A stretch of 64,000 bases of DNA from NCBI GenBank assembly GCA_963813815.1, contig CAWFAD010000016.1, positions 32,001 to 96,000 on the forward strand. The letters are read 5' to 3'. Below are positions 18,328 through 29,192 of this stretch, piece by piece. The notes under the pieces are model-generated. The model searched no databases and had not been told where the DNA came from. It worked only from the letters and a program-made list of their open reading frames with translations. Made by a program: the position numbers and the translations under genes. The stretch is from an uncultured bacterium. Lineage in GTDB: Bacteria > Krumholzibacteriota > Krumholzibacteriia > Krumholzibacteriales > Krumholzibacteriaceae. Every line of letters begins with the position of its first letter. Position 1 is the stretch's first letter.

Positions 18328-20010
18328 TTACTTCAGGGTCCCTCCGAACTCCGACTCGATCGCGAATCTCGGCTCGATGTCGACGGGAATCGCGGCGAAC
18401 CCCTCGATCTGCACGCGGAGCTCCTCGGGCATCTCGCCGTATTTCGCGAAGAAGGCCTTCGTCCCTTCGTAATCGCCGCGAGCCTGCAGCATGAGGATGT
18501 CGCTCGCAAGAGCCTTGACCGCGCCTTTGATTTTCGTGAAATCGACCGACCAGAGGCCCGTGGCCGGATCTCTGAGGTATGCTCCCTTTTCCCGCAGGTA
18601 ATTGAAGATTACCATGACGGCCTTCCCGTGCGCCTCATCCACCCCGAACCGCACCGACCGGAAGAAGCCCGCGAGGTACGTCGCGGCGGCTTCCTTCATG
18701 AGGGATTCAGGGAAAAACCCCTCGTCGATAAGATAATAAATGTTGTACGCCCCCACAATATCCGCTTTCGCTTCCTCGCATCCCGAGTACGTTTCCCGAA
18801 GCGCCTTGTTCACCGTCGTCGCGGTGCCGTCGGGGAGCCGGAGCGTGCCGGGGCCGAGGCCGTGCGAGAACTCGTGGAGCAGTATCTCGTTGAAATACGC
18901 GTCGAAGGTGACGTAGGGGATGAGCTCCGGCGCCATGACCTGCCCGGCGATAGGGACGAGGATCTTGTCGAACTTGGCGCGGCAGATGTTGCGGAGCATG
19001 ACCTTCTTCGTGCCCTTCGCCTCTCGCACCTTCTCGTCGTTCGGCAGGTTGAAGGCGATCGTCTGGACGCCCGCCTTCGTGTCGCCCGCCGAGAAGATCT
19101 CGTCGACGACCGAGATGGGCGACTCGGCGCCGCGCGTCGTGTTCTTGTGCGCGTCGGGGATGGGGAGGTTCGCTTCCATCTTCGTCTGGTACGCCTTGAG
19201 CCCGTCGAGCTTTTTCGTCTCCTCGGGATCGCGCACGCAGAGGAACGCCTCGAAGGCGGTCTTGTAGTTGAAGAGATTGTCCTCGTACACCTCGTAGGGG
19301 CCGATCGTGATGTCGATGACGTTGTCCGTAATGTCCATCCACGCCATGTCGCTCTCGAAGTAGTCGTCGATCCGGAGCCCCTTCGCGCGGAGCCGCAGGA
19401 AATTCGCGAGCGACTCGTTGTCGACGAGGGCCGCCGCTTCTTCGAGGAGCAGCGCCGCGCGCTCGATGAGCTGGGCGTACTCGAGAGAGTAGGGGACGGC
19501 CTCGAGCCCCTTGTCGGCGGTGCGCTTGATGACCGTGAAGCCGCTCTCGAAGGCTTCCTTGACCTCGGGGTGGTTCCGGACCCAATTCTCGAACTCCTCC
19601 TTCGTCATGTCCTCGGGGTAGAAGTTCGCGCCGTCGGGTTTCGGCGTTTTGACGAGCACCGGGGCGTGGGCCTTGAGGCGGTCCCACGGTCCGACGTTCC
19701 GCCAGAAGAACCTGAGAAGATCCGGCTTTCCGAGGCGCACGAGCTCGTCTCGAAGCTCCGCGTTCTTCGCCCAGACCTGCCGCATGAAGAGCTCGTCCAT
19801 GATGGATGCGGCCTCGAAGAGCTTGCGGAGCGCCGGGCGCCGCTCCTCGCCGATGAGGTTCCAGGGAACGGCGATGTCGACCGCGGCGTAGGGCTTGAGC
19901 TGCTCGGTCACGTCGACCGGTTCGATCATGATTCGCTCCTTCTTCGAGCAGCCGGGGCTCATGGCGAGGGCGATGAACACCATACACATGACGATGAGGC
20001 CTCGAGACAT
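18328..20010 (-). CDS. Lipoprotein, M49/dipeptidyl-peptidase III-like (NUDT3-like) Zn peptidase
   Basis: Lipobox SPGC, GANFYP, IGPYEVYED, TIAFNLPNDE, HEFSHGLGP, EEAKAD. RBS AAAGGAG. Confidence 0.85.
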   Translation of the reverse strand: MSRGLIVMCMVFIALAMSPGCSKKERIMIEPVDVTEQLKPYAAVDIAVPWNLIGEERRPALRKLFEAASIMDELFMRQVWAKNAELRDELVRLGKPDLLRFFWRNVGPWDRLKAHAPVLVKTPKPDGANFYPEDMTKEEFENWVRNHPEVKEAFESGFTVIKRTADKGLEAVPYSLEYAQLIERAALLLEEAAALVDNESLANFLRLRAKGLRIDDYFESDMAWMDITDNVIDITIGPYEVYEDNLFNYKTAFEAFLCVRDPEETKKLDGLKAYQTKMEANLPIPDAHKNTTRGAESPISVVDEIFSAGDTKAGVQTIAFNLPNDEKVREAKGTKKVMLRNICRAKFDKILVPIAGQVMAPELIPYVTFDAYFNEILLHEFSHGLGPGTLRLPDGTATTVNKALRETYSGCEEAKADIVGAYNIYYLIDEGFFPESLMKEAAATYLAGFFRSVRFGVDEAHGKAVMVIFNYLREKGAYLRDPATGLWSVDFTKIKGAVKALASDILMLQARGDYEGTKAFFAKYGEMPEELRVQIEGFAAIPVDIEPRFAIESEFGGTLK

Positions 20011-20035
20011 TGCTGCCACTCCTTTCCAGCGGGAT

Positions 20036-22152
<2,117 letters not shown>

Positions 22153-22174
22153 TTCTTCCTTACCTCGCGGCTCA

Positions 22175-22204
22175 AGGATACCCCCTGCCCCGGCCGCCGT
22201 TCAA
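22175..22204 (-). promoter_or_regulatory. Putative promoter facing the CRISPR array and the peptidase gene
   Basis: Minus strand TTGAAC-N18-TATCCT. Confidence 0.4.
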
Positions 22205-22259
22205 CTGATATCGCTCGCCGGCGCGACGCGCCCCGCTCTCCCCGCCGCAGCAAATCGCC

Positions 22260-22288
22260 TTGACGGCGCCCCGGGGCGGTGATAGCGT
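22260..22288 (+). promoter_or_regulatory. Putative promoter of the M20 hydrolase
   Basis: TTGACG-N17-TAGCGT with extended TG. Confidence 0.35.
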
Positions 22289-22368
22289 CGGAGTTCGCCA
22301 AAAACGGCGCATCGGCGAGCCGCGCCGCGCCGTCCCGATACCGAAAGCTCAACCGAAGGGGGATCCCG

Positions 22369-23610
22369 ATGGACAAGAAGCTCCTCAAGAAGGCGTTCGC
22401 GAAGATCGACGGCTATCGCGACGAGATGATCGACGTGCAGACCAAGCTCACCGCCATCCCGGCGCTCGCCCCGGTGAACGGCGGCGAGGGCGAGTGGAAG
22501 AAATCCGAGTTCTTCAAGGGCTATCTGCAGCAGTCCGGCATCTTCGACACGATCGATCAGTACGACTCCCCCGACTCCGAGGTGCCGAGCGGCAAGCGCC
22601 CGAACCTCGTCGCCGTGATGAAGGGCGCCTCCTCCGCCCGCCGCGTGTGGGTCATGGGGCACCTCGACATCGTGCCGCCGGGCGATCTCGCGAAGTGGTC
22701 GAGCGACCCGTACAAGGTGAAGATCGCGGACGGCAAGATCTACGGCCGCGGCGTCGAGGACAACCAGCACGGGATCGTGACCCCGCTCTTCGCCGCGAAG
22801 GCGCTCCGCGAGCTCGGCGCCAAGCCGCCCTACGACATCGGCCTCATTCTCGTCGCGGATGAGGAGACCGGCAGCAAGCACGGCATCCAGTATCTCCTCA
22901 AGCAGCACGGGAACCTCTTTCAGAAGAGCGATTTCATCGTGGTCCCGGACGCCGGCGTCCCCGACGGCACGATGATCGAGGTCGCCGAAAAGTCGATCTT
23001 CTGGCTCAAGATCGAAACCAAGGGGAAACAGTGCCACGCCTCGACGCCGAAGGAAGGCATAAACGCCCATCGCGCCGCGGCGCATCTCATCACGAAGATC
23101 GACAAGCTCTACCGGATGTTCCCTCAGAAGAACAAGGTCTTCGATCCCCCGATCAGCACCTTCGAGCCGACGAAGAAAGAGGCGAACGTCCCGAACATCA
23201 ACACCATCCCCGGCGACGACGTCATCTACATCGACATGCGCGTTCTCCCCGAGATCAAGCTCGACGACGTGTACGGCGCCATTAAGGGGATGATCAAAGA
23301 GGTCGAGGAGAAATTCGGCGTCACGATCTCGACGAACGCGGCGCAGCGCGAGGACGCGGCTCCCGCCACCCCGGCAGACGCCCCGGTCGTGCTCGCCCTT
23401 TCGGCCGCGATCAAGGACGTCTACCGCGTCAAGGCCAAGCCCAAGGGGATCGGGGGCGGCACGGTCGCGGCCTTCTTCCGCCGCCACGGCATCGGAGCGG
23501 TCGTTTGGTCCAAGATCGACGAGGTCGCCCATCAGCCGAACGAGTACACGATCATCGACAACATGGTCGGCGACGCCAAGGTCTTCGCGCACCTCTTTAT
23601 GCAGGAGTAG
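22369..23610 (+). CDS. M20 family metallohydrolase (ArgE/DapE-like)
   Basis: GHLDIVPPG, IYGRGVEDN, ADEETGS, KQCHAS, NTIPG, GGGT and AHQPNEY motifs. Confidence 0.9.
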   Translation: MDKKLLKKAFAKIDGYRDEMIDVQTKLTAIPALAPVNGGEGEWKKSEFFKGYLQQSGIFDTIDQYDSPDSEVPSGKRPNLVAVMKGASSARRVWVMGHLDIVPPGDLAKWSSDPYKVKIADGKIYGRGVEDNQHGIVTPLFAAKALRELGAKPPYDIGLILVADEETGSKHGIQYLLKQHGNLFQKSDFIVVPDAGVPDGTMIEVAEKSIFWLKIETKGKQCHASTPKEGINAHRAAAHLITKIDKLYRMFPQKNKVFDPPISTFEPTKKEANVPNINTIPGDDVIYIDMRVLPEIKLDDVYGAIKGMIKEVEEKFGVTISTNAAQREDAAPATPADAPVVLALSAAIKDVYRVKAKPKGIGGGTVAAFFRRHGIGAVVWSKIDEVAHQPNEYTIIDNMVGDAKVFAHLFMQE

Positions 23611-23709
23611 CCGGCGGGGCGCTCATGGCGCCGCCGCGCTTCCGCGCTCATCAAACCTCGAGGGCCCGCCCGCGCGGGCCCTCGGTCATTTTCCACGAAG
23701 CCTCTTCGC

Positions 23710-23928
23710 TTACCCGTCCTGCCGCGCGGCGGCCTCGTCGTCGAACAGAAAGACCTCCTCGATGGGCAGGCGGAAGCGGAGCGCGATATCGTGCGCCAGC
23801 CTGAGCGAGGGATTGTACTTGCCCTTTTCGAGGAAGACGATCGTTTCGCGCCTGACCCCCACAAGCCGCGCGAGCTCGAGCTGCGAAAGGTCGTGCTTGG
23901 CGCGCAACTCCTTAATTCGATTATACAT
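23710..23928 (-). CDS. XRE-family HTH transcriptional regulator
   Basis: [38 protein letters not shown]. Confidence 0.9.
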   Translation of the reverse strand: MYNRIKELRAKHDLSQLELARLVGVRRETIVFLEKGKYNPSLRLAHDIALRFRLPIEEVFLFDDEAAARQDG

Positions 23929-24319
23929 TTCTCGTTCCGAGCGTTTTCACGCCGAGCCAGCAAATGAAAAAGACGACGGCCATGCCCAAAATCCCCGCGC
24001 CAACGAGGCTGTGCGCCTCGAGCGAGGTCTTGTCGCTCACATACATGACGAAGAGCCAGAGGTAGATCGAAACATAGTAGGCAAGGGAAGACGCCCGGGT
24101 CATCACCTTCTTCGAGAGCTCGTCATCTGCCGGTTCGCCGCGCCGGTGGCTCCGAAGCCTCATAACGCCGAGATACACGGCGAATCCGACGACCACGAGA
24201 AGGAGAGCGGCCGTAAGGATCTCCCGCGCGTCCCCGGCGAAATGCCCCTTGAGAGCCCACACGGCAAGGCTTGCCAGTATCAGGACGCTGATTGCGAATG
24301 AGACGATCGCTTTCTTCAT
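23921..24319 (-). CDS. Four-helix membrane protein (DUF2178-like) paired with the XRE regulator
   Basis: Hydrophobic segments and a [11 protein letters not shown] motif. RBS GAGGAGG; overlaps the XRE gene. Confidence 0.7.
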   Translation of the reverse strand: MKKAIVSFAISVLILASLAVWALKGHFAGDAREILTAALLLVVVGFAVYLGVMRLRSHRRGEPADDELSKKVMTRASSLAYYVSIYLWLFVMYVSDKTSLEAHSLVGAGILGMAVVFFICWLGVKTLGTRNV

Positions 24320-24341
24320 GGGTCCTCCTCTCTTGAAAACG

Positions 24342-24376
24342 TTAACTAATTCTAACACATTGTTAGAAATAGTCAA
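24342..24376 (-). promoter_or_regulatory. Promoter with overlapping palindromic operator (likely XRE autoregulation)
   Basis: TTAACTAATTCTAACA-CAT-TGTTAGAAATAGTCAA is a 14/16 inverted repeat and contains minus-strand TTGACT-N16-TAGAAT. Confidence 0.65.
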
Positions 24377-24534
24377 CACTTTTTTGAATCATCGATCTCT
24401 TTAGCCTCTTTAGCGGAGCCATCGCCGCGTTTCCGCTGGACACGCCGACTCCGGGTTCCATACCATTCGGCTCGAAATCATATGCGGCAGCGCATCCAGC
24501 GCCGGCCCGGCATGCCGGGCCCGAAAGGAGCCAT

Positions 24535-25074
24535 ATGCGACCCTCTCTCGTGCTCATTGCGTGTGTATTCGTCTTGGGCTTCGTTGCCGGCTGCGGCGAC
24601 GACGAATGCGACCCGTACGTGCCCGTCGTCTCCGAGGAGCCGCTCGCTCAAATCAGCATCACCGGGGGCGGCGGAGCGGCCTACCTCACCGATACCCTGC
24701 GGATAAATTTCGTCTCGTCGAGCTACGATACGCTGTTCAACCTGCTCATTACAGCCGCGGACGAGGGTACGGCGAGGATGATCGACGCCGCGACCTATCC
24801 TGCGTTCGCCGATGCGGCCGCGCGACTCGCGGACGGCGTGAACGATCAGTGGACGTTCTGGGTCCGCCTGTACCCGAGCAGCTCCGGCGGGGGATGGGGG
24901 ACCAGCGAAACGAACTGGATCGACGGCGGGCTCACGGGCGAATACGTTCCCGATCTTTTGGGCGCGGAGATCACGAAGGCCCGGCTCATTCTGGATAGAG
25001 TGGATATCGTCGCGGATGCCGGCTATACCAACTACGATATCGAGGCCCGCATCGTCATTATCGGGAAACCCTGA
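24535..25074 (+). CDS. Hypothetical lipoprotein
   Basis: Lipobox VAGC, RBS AAAGGAG, beta-rich sequence. Confidence 0.7.
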   Translation: MRPSLVLIACVFVLGFVAGCGDDECDPYVPVVSEEPLAQISITGGGGAAYLTDTLRINFVSSSYDTLFNLLITAADEGTARMIDAATYPAFADAAARLADGVNDQWTFWVRLYPSSSGGGWGTSETNWIDGGLTGEYVPDLLGAEITKARLILDRVDIVADAGYTNYDIEARIVIIGKP

Positions 25075-25108
25075 GCGCCCCTCCACGCCGCGGCGGCATG
25101 GTCTCAAC

Positions 25109-25141
25109 AAAGCGGCGACCCCGAGGTGGGGTCGCCGCTTT
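25109..25141. terminator. Bidirectional intrinsic terminator between convergent lipoprotein genes
   Basis: AAAGCGGCGACCCC-GAGGT-GGGGTCGCCGCTTT, a perfect 14-bp stem. Confidence 0.75.
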
Positions 25142-25166
25142 CAGAGAGATGCGTTTCGCCGCGATC

Positions 25167-26177
25167 TCAATCCTTGCCCGGAATATCCCTGCCGCCTCCG
25201 CTGCTGGGCTTGATGTAGATTTCCAGCACGCTCGCGCTTCCGTCAGCCGCGAGCTTGGGCTCGTAGACGACGACTTCCGGATCGCTGTAGCCGAGCAGGT
25301 CGGCGGGGTCGAGACTCGCGATCCTCGTGTTGCGCGGATACGTGTGGACCACGCCGTCGTAATCGGTATAGCTCGCCTCCGCATCCAGACCGAAGGTGAG
25401 CCGGTACCAACCGCTCCGCACGGCAAGAGTCACGGTTCGGACGTCCCAGTTGAAACCGTAGATGCACTTGCCGCCCATGTTGATCTCGGCCGAATAGGCA
25501 TCGGTCGGACCATCAATGAAATACTTTTCGTAGCAGGGGCTGTCGTAGATGACCGCCGTCGGCGTTCCGCCCTGCACGTCCAGCTTCTCGATCTTCAGGC
25601 GAGCCACGTTCGAGTACACCGTGGCGGTCGTGGCCTGATATTTCGTGGTGTTCGTCACGAACACCTCTTCGAGCTTCAGGCCCCCGAGCGAGTACATGTT
25701 GTAGCCGGTCAGCGGATGCGCCACCGGATCGATGTTGTCGGCGAATAGAACAACTTCGACGCGAACCTTCGACTTGTCGGTCCACGTCTGGCGGGTCATG
25801 TTGTCCGCCCAGTCGAGCCTGACGCCCACTTCGCCCCAGGTCGTGCCGTCGGCCCAATCGGCGCACCATTCGTTGATCGACGGGTTCTGATACACCGGAT
25901 ACCCGTCGATGAGAGTCGCGTCATACGGTGCGACGAAGTACTCGACGCCGGGGATCCCCCGGAGCCCCGTCAAGTGCGTGGGGTCCTCGCCGGTGAGGCC
26001 GTGTCCTTCAGCGAACACCACCGGCATCGAGAGGCAGTTGACATAAACAGAGGGCTTTGCAGTGACGATCTCTCCTATCGTCTGGTTCTCGGCGACACTG
26101 GCAGGGTCCTCCGAGCAGCCGGACAGGAACACTACCGCCAGCAGCACGCAAATTGCGGCAATAGACAGTCTACCCAC
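25167..26177 (-). CDS. Hypothetical lipoprotein
   Basis: Lipobox LSGC, RBS AGGAGG, 336-aa ORF with natural composition. Confidence 0.72.
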   Translation of the reverse strand: MGRLSIAAICVLLAVVFLSGCSEDPASVAENQTIGEIVTAKPSVYVNCLSMPVVFAEGHGLTGEDPTHLTGLRGIPGVEYFVAPYDATLIDGYPVYQNPSINEWCADWADGTTWGEVGVRLDWADNMTRQTWTDKSKVRVEVVLFADNIDPVAHPLTGYNMYSLGGLKLEEVFVTNTTKYQATTATVYSNVARLKIEKLDVQGGTPTAVIYDSPCYEKYFIDGPTDAYSAEINMGGKCIYGFNWDVRTVTLAVRSGWYRLTFGLDAEASYTDYDGVVHTYPRNTRIASLDPADLLGYSDPEVVVYEPKLAADGSASVLEIYIKPSSGGGRDIPGKD

Positions 26178-26499
26178 AGTGCACCTCCTGCGAGTAAGTT
26201 GAGCTGTGTTGTTAAGTATAGCAACCCAGGGCCCGTTGCCCTACAGTCCACCCGGTCCCCGGCCGGTAAACATAACTTTACCAGAGTAAGAATTTCTTGT
26301 CAATGAGAATAGTTCGAGATAGAAAAAATCTTTCTTTATGCCATGCTCGCTTGCAACTCTATATAAGATTGATGCGCTGGAAGCGGGATGCGGTCGCTTC
26401 ATCTTTCCGGGGAATCGCCGGGTCGCTATCAAAGCTTTGCAAGAGAAACTCTCTATGCTATAGTGCCGCGAAACTCGCCTTTCTCGCGGGAGGGGACTC

Positions 26500-27825
26500 G
26501 TGAGCACACTTTTGAAAAACCTGCTTTTGCTCGCCTTGTTCATGGGCCTGAGCCTCGCCTTTTTCTATCTCGCCCTCGACAACGGCTTCTGGCACGCCGA
26601 CGATTTCACTTACCTCGGGCACAACCTGCGCATGACGACCGGCAAGACGGCGCTCTTCGACAGCGATCCGCCGTTCAAGTTTCAGCCGCTCGTGTACGGA
26701 TTGTCCTACGTGCTGTTTCACCGGTTCGGATTCAATCCGCAGGGGTATTTTATCTTCAACATCCTGCTCCACGGGCTCAACTCCTTCCTCGTCTATATCC
26801 TCGTGTGGACGCTCCTCAAGGACCGCGCCGTGGCGATCGTATCCGCCCTTCTCTTCGTGTTCACCGTCGGAAGCTACGGCAAGGCGATCATGATCATGTC
26901 GGGGCTCGAGGACCTCGTCATCACGGCGCTCACGCTCTTTACGATGGTCTTCTATTTCAAGAACGAGCTCGACGGCAAGGGGAAGATGCTCTCCCCGTGG
27001 TTCGTCCTCGCGTTCATCTTCTTCGTCGGCTCGATGTTCACGAGGAGCACGAGCTTCGCCATCCTCGGCGCGTTTCTCGCCTTCAACTTCTTTTTCCGGT
27101 TCGAAACGGGGCGCCGCGTCATGAGCAGAAACTTCGTTCTCCTGCTCCTCGTGGCCGTCGCGGCCGTGGTCGTGAAATCGCTCGTGTTTCAATACCGGCC
27201 GCCCTTCTACTCGACGGCGAATCCCGGCCCGCTCGAGGTCGTCTACTACTTCGCGAAGAACATCATCAGCTACCTCGTCCGGATGATCTTCCCCGTGCAC
27301 ACGTCCCACCTCGTCACCGAGGCCGGGCCCCTCGTGCGCTTCGTCTACGCCTTCGCGACCGCCATCAGAATTCTCATCGCGCTCGTCGTGGTTTCGTACT
27401 CCTTCTTCGGCTTCCTCTTCGGAAACCACACGATCCGCTTCTTCATCGCGTGGACGTACATCATGGTGATCCCCTTCGCCTTCTTCCAGTTTCCGGGGGA
27501 CTGGCTCAACATCCGGCACCTCTACCTCGTTTCGATCGGCCTCGCGATGGTCATCGCCGCCGGGGCCGTCTACTGCTCCCGCCTCATCTCGCACCGCCGC
27601 TGGCGCCGGTTCGTCCCCTTCGCCGTGCCCCTCTTTTTCATCGTCATGGCCCGCTTCATCGTGCACGAGCTCGACCAAAGCTACGAGCTCAGGAGAACGA
27701 GCGAGCTCGCGCTGGAACGCAAGAAAGCGATCGTCCAGAGATATCCGTGGGTCATGATCGAGGAGGGGCGCCTTCGCTACCGGCCCGAGGTGCCGCCCGA
27801 CGCGGCGGGCGCCGGAGAGCCCTAG
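26500..27825 (+). CDS. Polytopic membrane protein, GT-C fold glycosyltransferase-like
   Basis: About 11 TM segments, FWHADDF after TM1, FNILLHGLNSFLVY, RHLYL. Confidence 0.7.
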   Translation: MSTLLKNLLLLALFMGLSLAFFYLALDNGFWHADDFTYLGHNLRMTTGKTALFDSDPPFKFQPLVYGLSYVLFHRFGFNPQGYFIFNILLHGLNSFLVYILVWTLLKDRAVAIVSALLFVFTVGSYGKAIMIMSGLEDLVITALTLFTMVFYFKNELDGKGKMLSPWFVLAFIFFVGSMFTRSTSFAILGAFLAFNFFFRFETGRRVMSRNFVLLLLVAVAAVVVKSLVFQYRPPFYSTANPGPLEVVYYFAKNIISYLVRMIFPVHTSHLVTEAGPLVRFVYAFATAIRILIALVVVSYSFFGFLFGNHTIRFFIAWTYIMVIPFAFFQFPGDWLNIRHLYLVSIGLAMVIAAGAVYCSRLISHRRWRRFVPFAVPLFFIVMARFIVHELDQSYELRRTSELALERKKAIVQRYPWVMIEEGRLRYRPEVPPDAAGAGEP

Positions 27826-29192
27826 GAAAATTTCAGCCGGACGGACGCCGAGCGCTCGAGGGCCGAAACGTCGCGCCGGCGAACCCGCACGCGGAGCACG
27901 AGATTGCGGCCGATGATCTTGCGCGAGAGGACGTGCGCCATCCGCTCGACGGCCGCCGCGGCGCGGCCGTCATCGCTCGGCACGATGATCTCCGCCTCGA
28001 CGAAATCCCCCGCGCGATGAGTCTCGATCCGCTCGAGGAGCTCCTCGATCCCCTCCCCCGTCGCCGCGCTCGCGAGAACGGCGTCCGGATGCCGGAGCGA
28101 GAGCGCCGATCTCGCCTCCGCCCCGGAGACGAGATCGACCTTGTTGAGAACGAGGAGCGAGGGCACCCGCGCGCCCGCATCGCCCGCCTCGCCGCCGGGG
28201 CGGGCTCCCCGCTTGCGATCCGGGGCGGCGGCCCCGGCGCCGTGCCGCTCCTTCGAGAGGACGCCGTCGAGAACCGTGTTGACGATCTCGATGTGATCGT
28301 CGCGGCGGGGGTTCGAGGCGTCGACGACGTGGAGGAGGAGCTCGGCCTCGCTCACGTCGAGGAGCGTCGCCCGGAAGCTCGCCACGAGATGCGGGGGAAG
28401 CTTGCGTATGAATCCGATCGTGTCGGTGAGGAGAAACGGCTCGCCCGAAGGGCCCCGCACGCGCCGCGTCGTGGAATCGAGCGTCGAGAAGAGGCGCGGG
28501 GACTCGAGCACCTCGCTCCCGGACACGCGATTCAGGAGCGTCGACTTGCCGGCGTTCGTGTAGCCGACGATCGCGACGTTGAAAAGACCCTCCCGGCGCC
28601 TGCGCCGCTCCTCGACCCCCCGGTGGATCCGGTCGAGCTCGCGGCCGAGGCTCGCCATCCGATCGTACGCGCGGCGGCGGTCGACCTCGATCTGCGTCTC
28701 GCCCGGCCCGCGCGTTCCGATGCCGGCCTCCTGCCTCTCGAGATGCGCCCAGAGGCGCCGCAGGCGCGGCAGCATGTATTTGAGCTGGGCGATTTCGACT
28801 TGGATCCTCGCCTGCTTCGTGCGGGCGCGTCGGGCGAAGATGTCGAGGATGAGCTCCGAGCGGTCGATGACGTTGACGTCGAGCCGCTTCTCGATGTTGC
28901 GCGCCTGCGCCGGGGAAAGATCGTCGTCGAAGATGACGAGATTGACGTCTCTTTCGTGAATGATTCCGGCGAGCTCGTCGAGCTTGCCCGAGCCGATGAA
29001 GGTCGACCCGTCGATGCGCGTGCGGTTCTGGATGGTGCTGCCCGCGATGTCGGCTCCTGCGCTGCGGGCGAGCGCCTCGAGCTCGCGGAGGTTCTCGGCC
29101 TCCGCCTCGCGGCGCACCGCGGGGAGGGTCACTCCCACGAGGAACGCCCGTTCGACGGGCGCCTTTGACTGCGGGACTCGATGGGACCGCAT
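27822..29192 (-). CDS. hflX: GTPase HflX
   Basis: IGSGKLDE, LILDIFARRART, RGPGETQIEVDRR, GYTNAGKST, DTIGFI, NKVD. Confidence 0.95.
   Translation of the reverse strand: MRSHRVPQSKAPVERAFLVGVTLPAVRREAEAENLRELEALARSAGADIAGSTIQNRTRIDGSTFIGSGKLDELAGIIHERDVNLVIFDDDLSPAQARNIEKRLDVNVIDRSELILDIFARRARTKQARIQVEIAQLKYMLPRLRRLWAHLERQEAGIGTRGPGETQIEVDRRRAYDRMASLGRELDRIHRGVEERRRRREGLFNVAIVGYTNAGKSTLLNRVSGSEVLESPRLFSTLDSTTRRVRGPSGEPFLLTDTIGFIRKLPPHLVASFRATLLDVSEAELLLHVVDASNPRRDDHIEIVNTVLDGVLSKERHGAGAAAPDRKRGARPGGEAGDAGARVPSLLVLNKVDLVSGAEARSALSLRHPDAVLASAATGEGIEELLERIETHRAGDFVEAEIIVPSDDGRAAAAVERMAHVLSRKIIGRNLVLRVRVRRRDVSALERSASVRLKFS

Noticed and set aside
22153..23610. CRISPR leader or cas genes beside the array
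   Set aside because: The flank is GC-rich with divergent promoter-like elements, and both neighbouring genes are peptidases.
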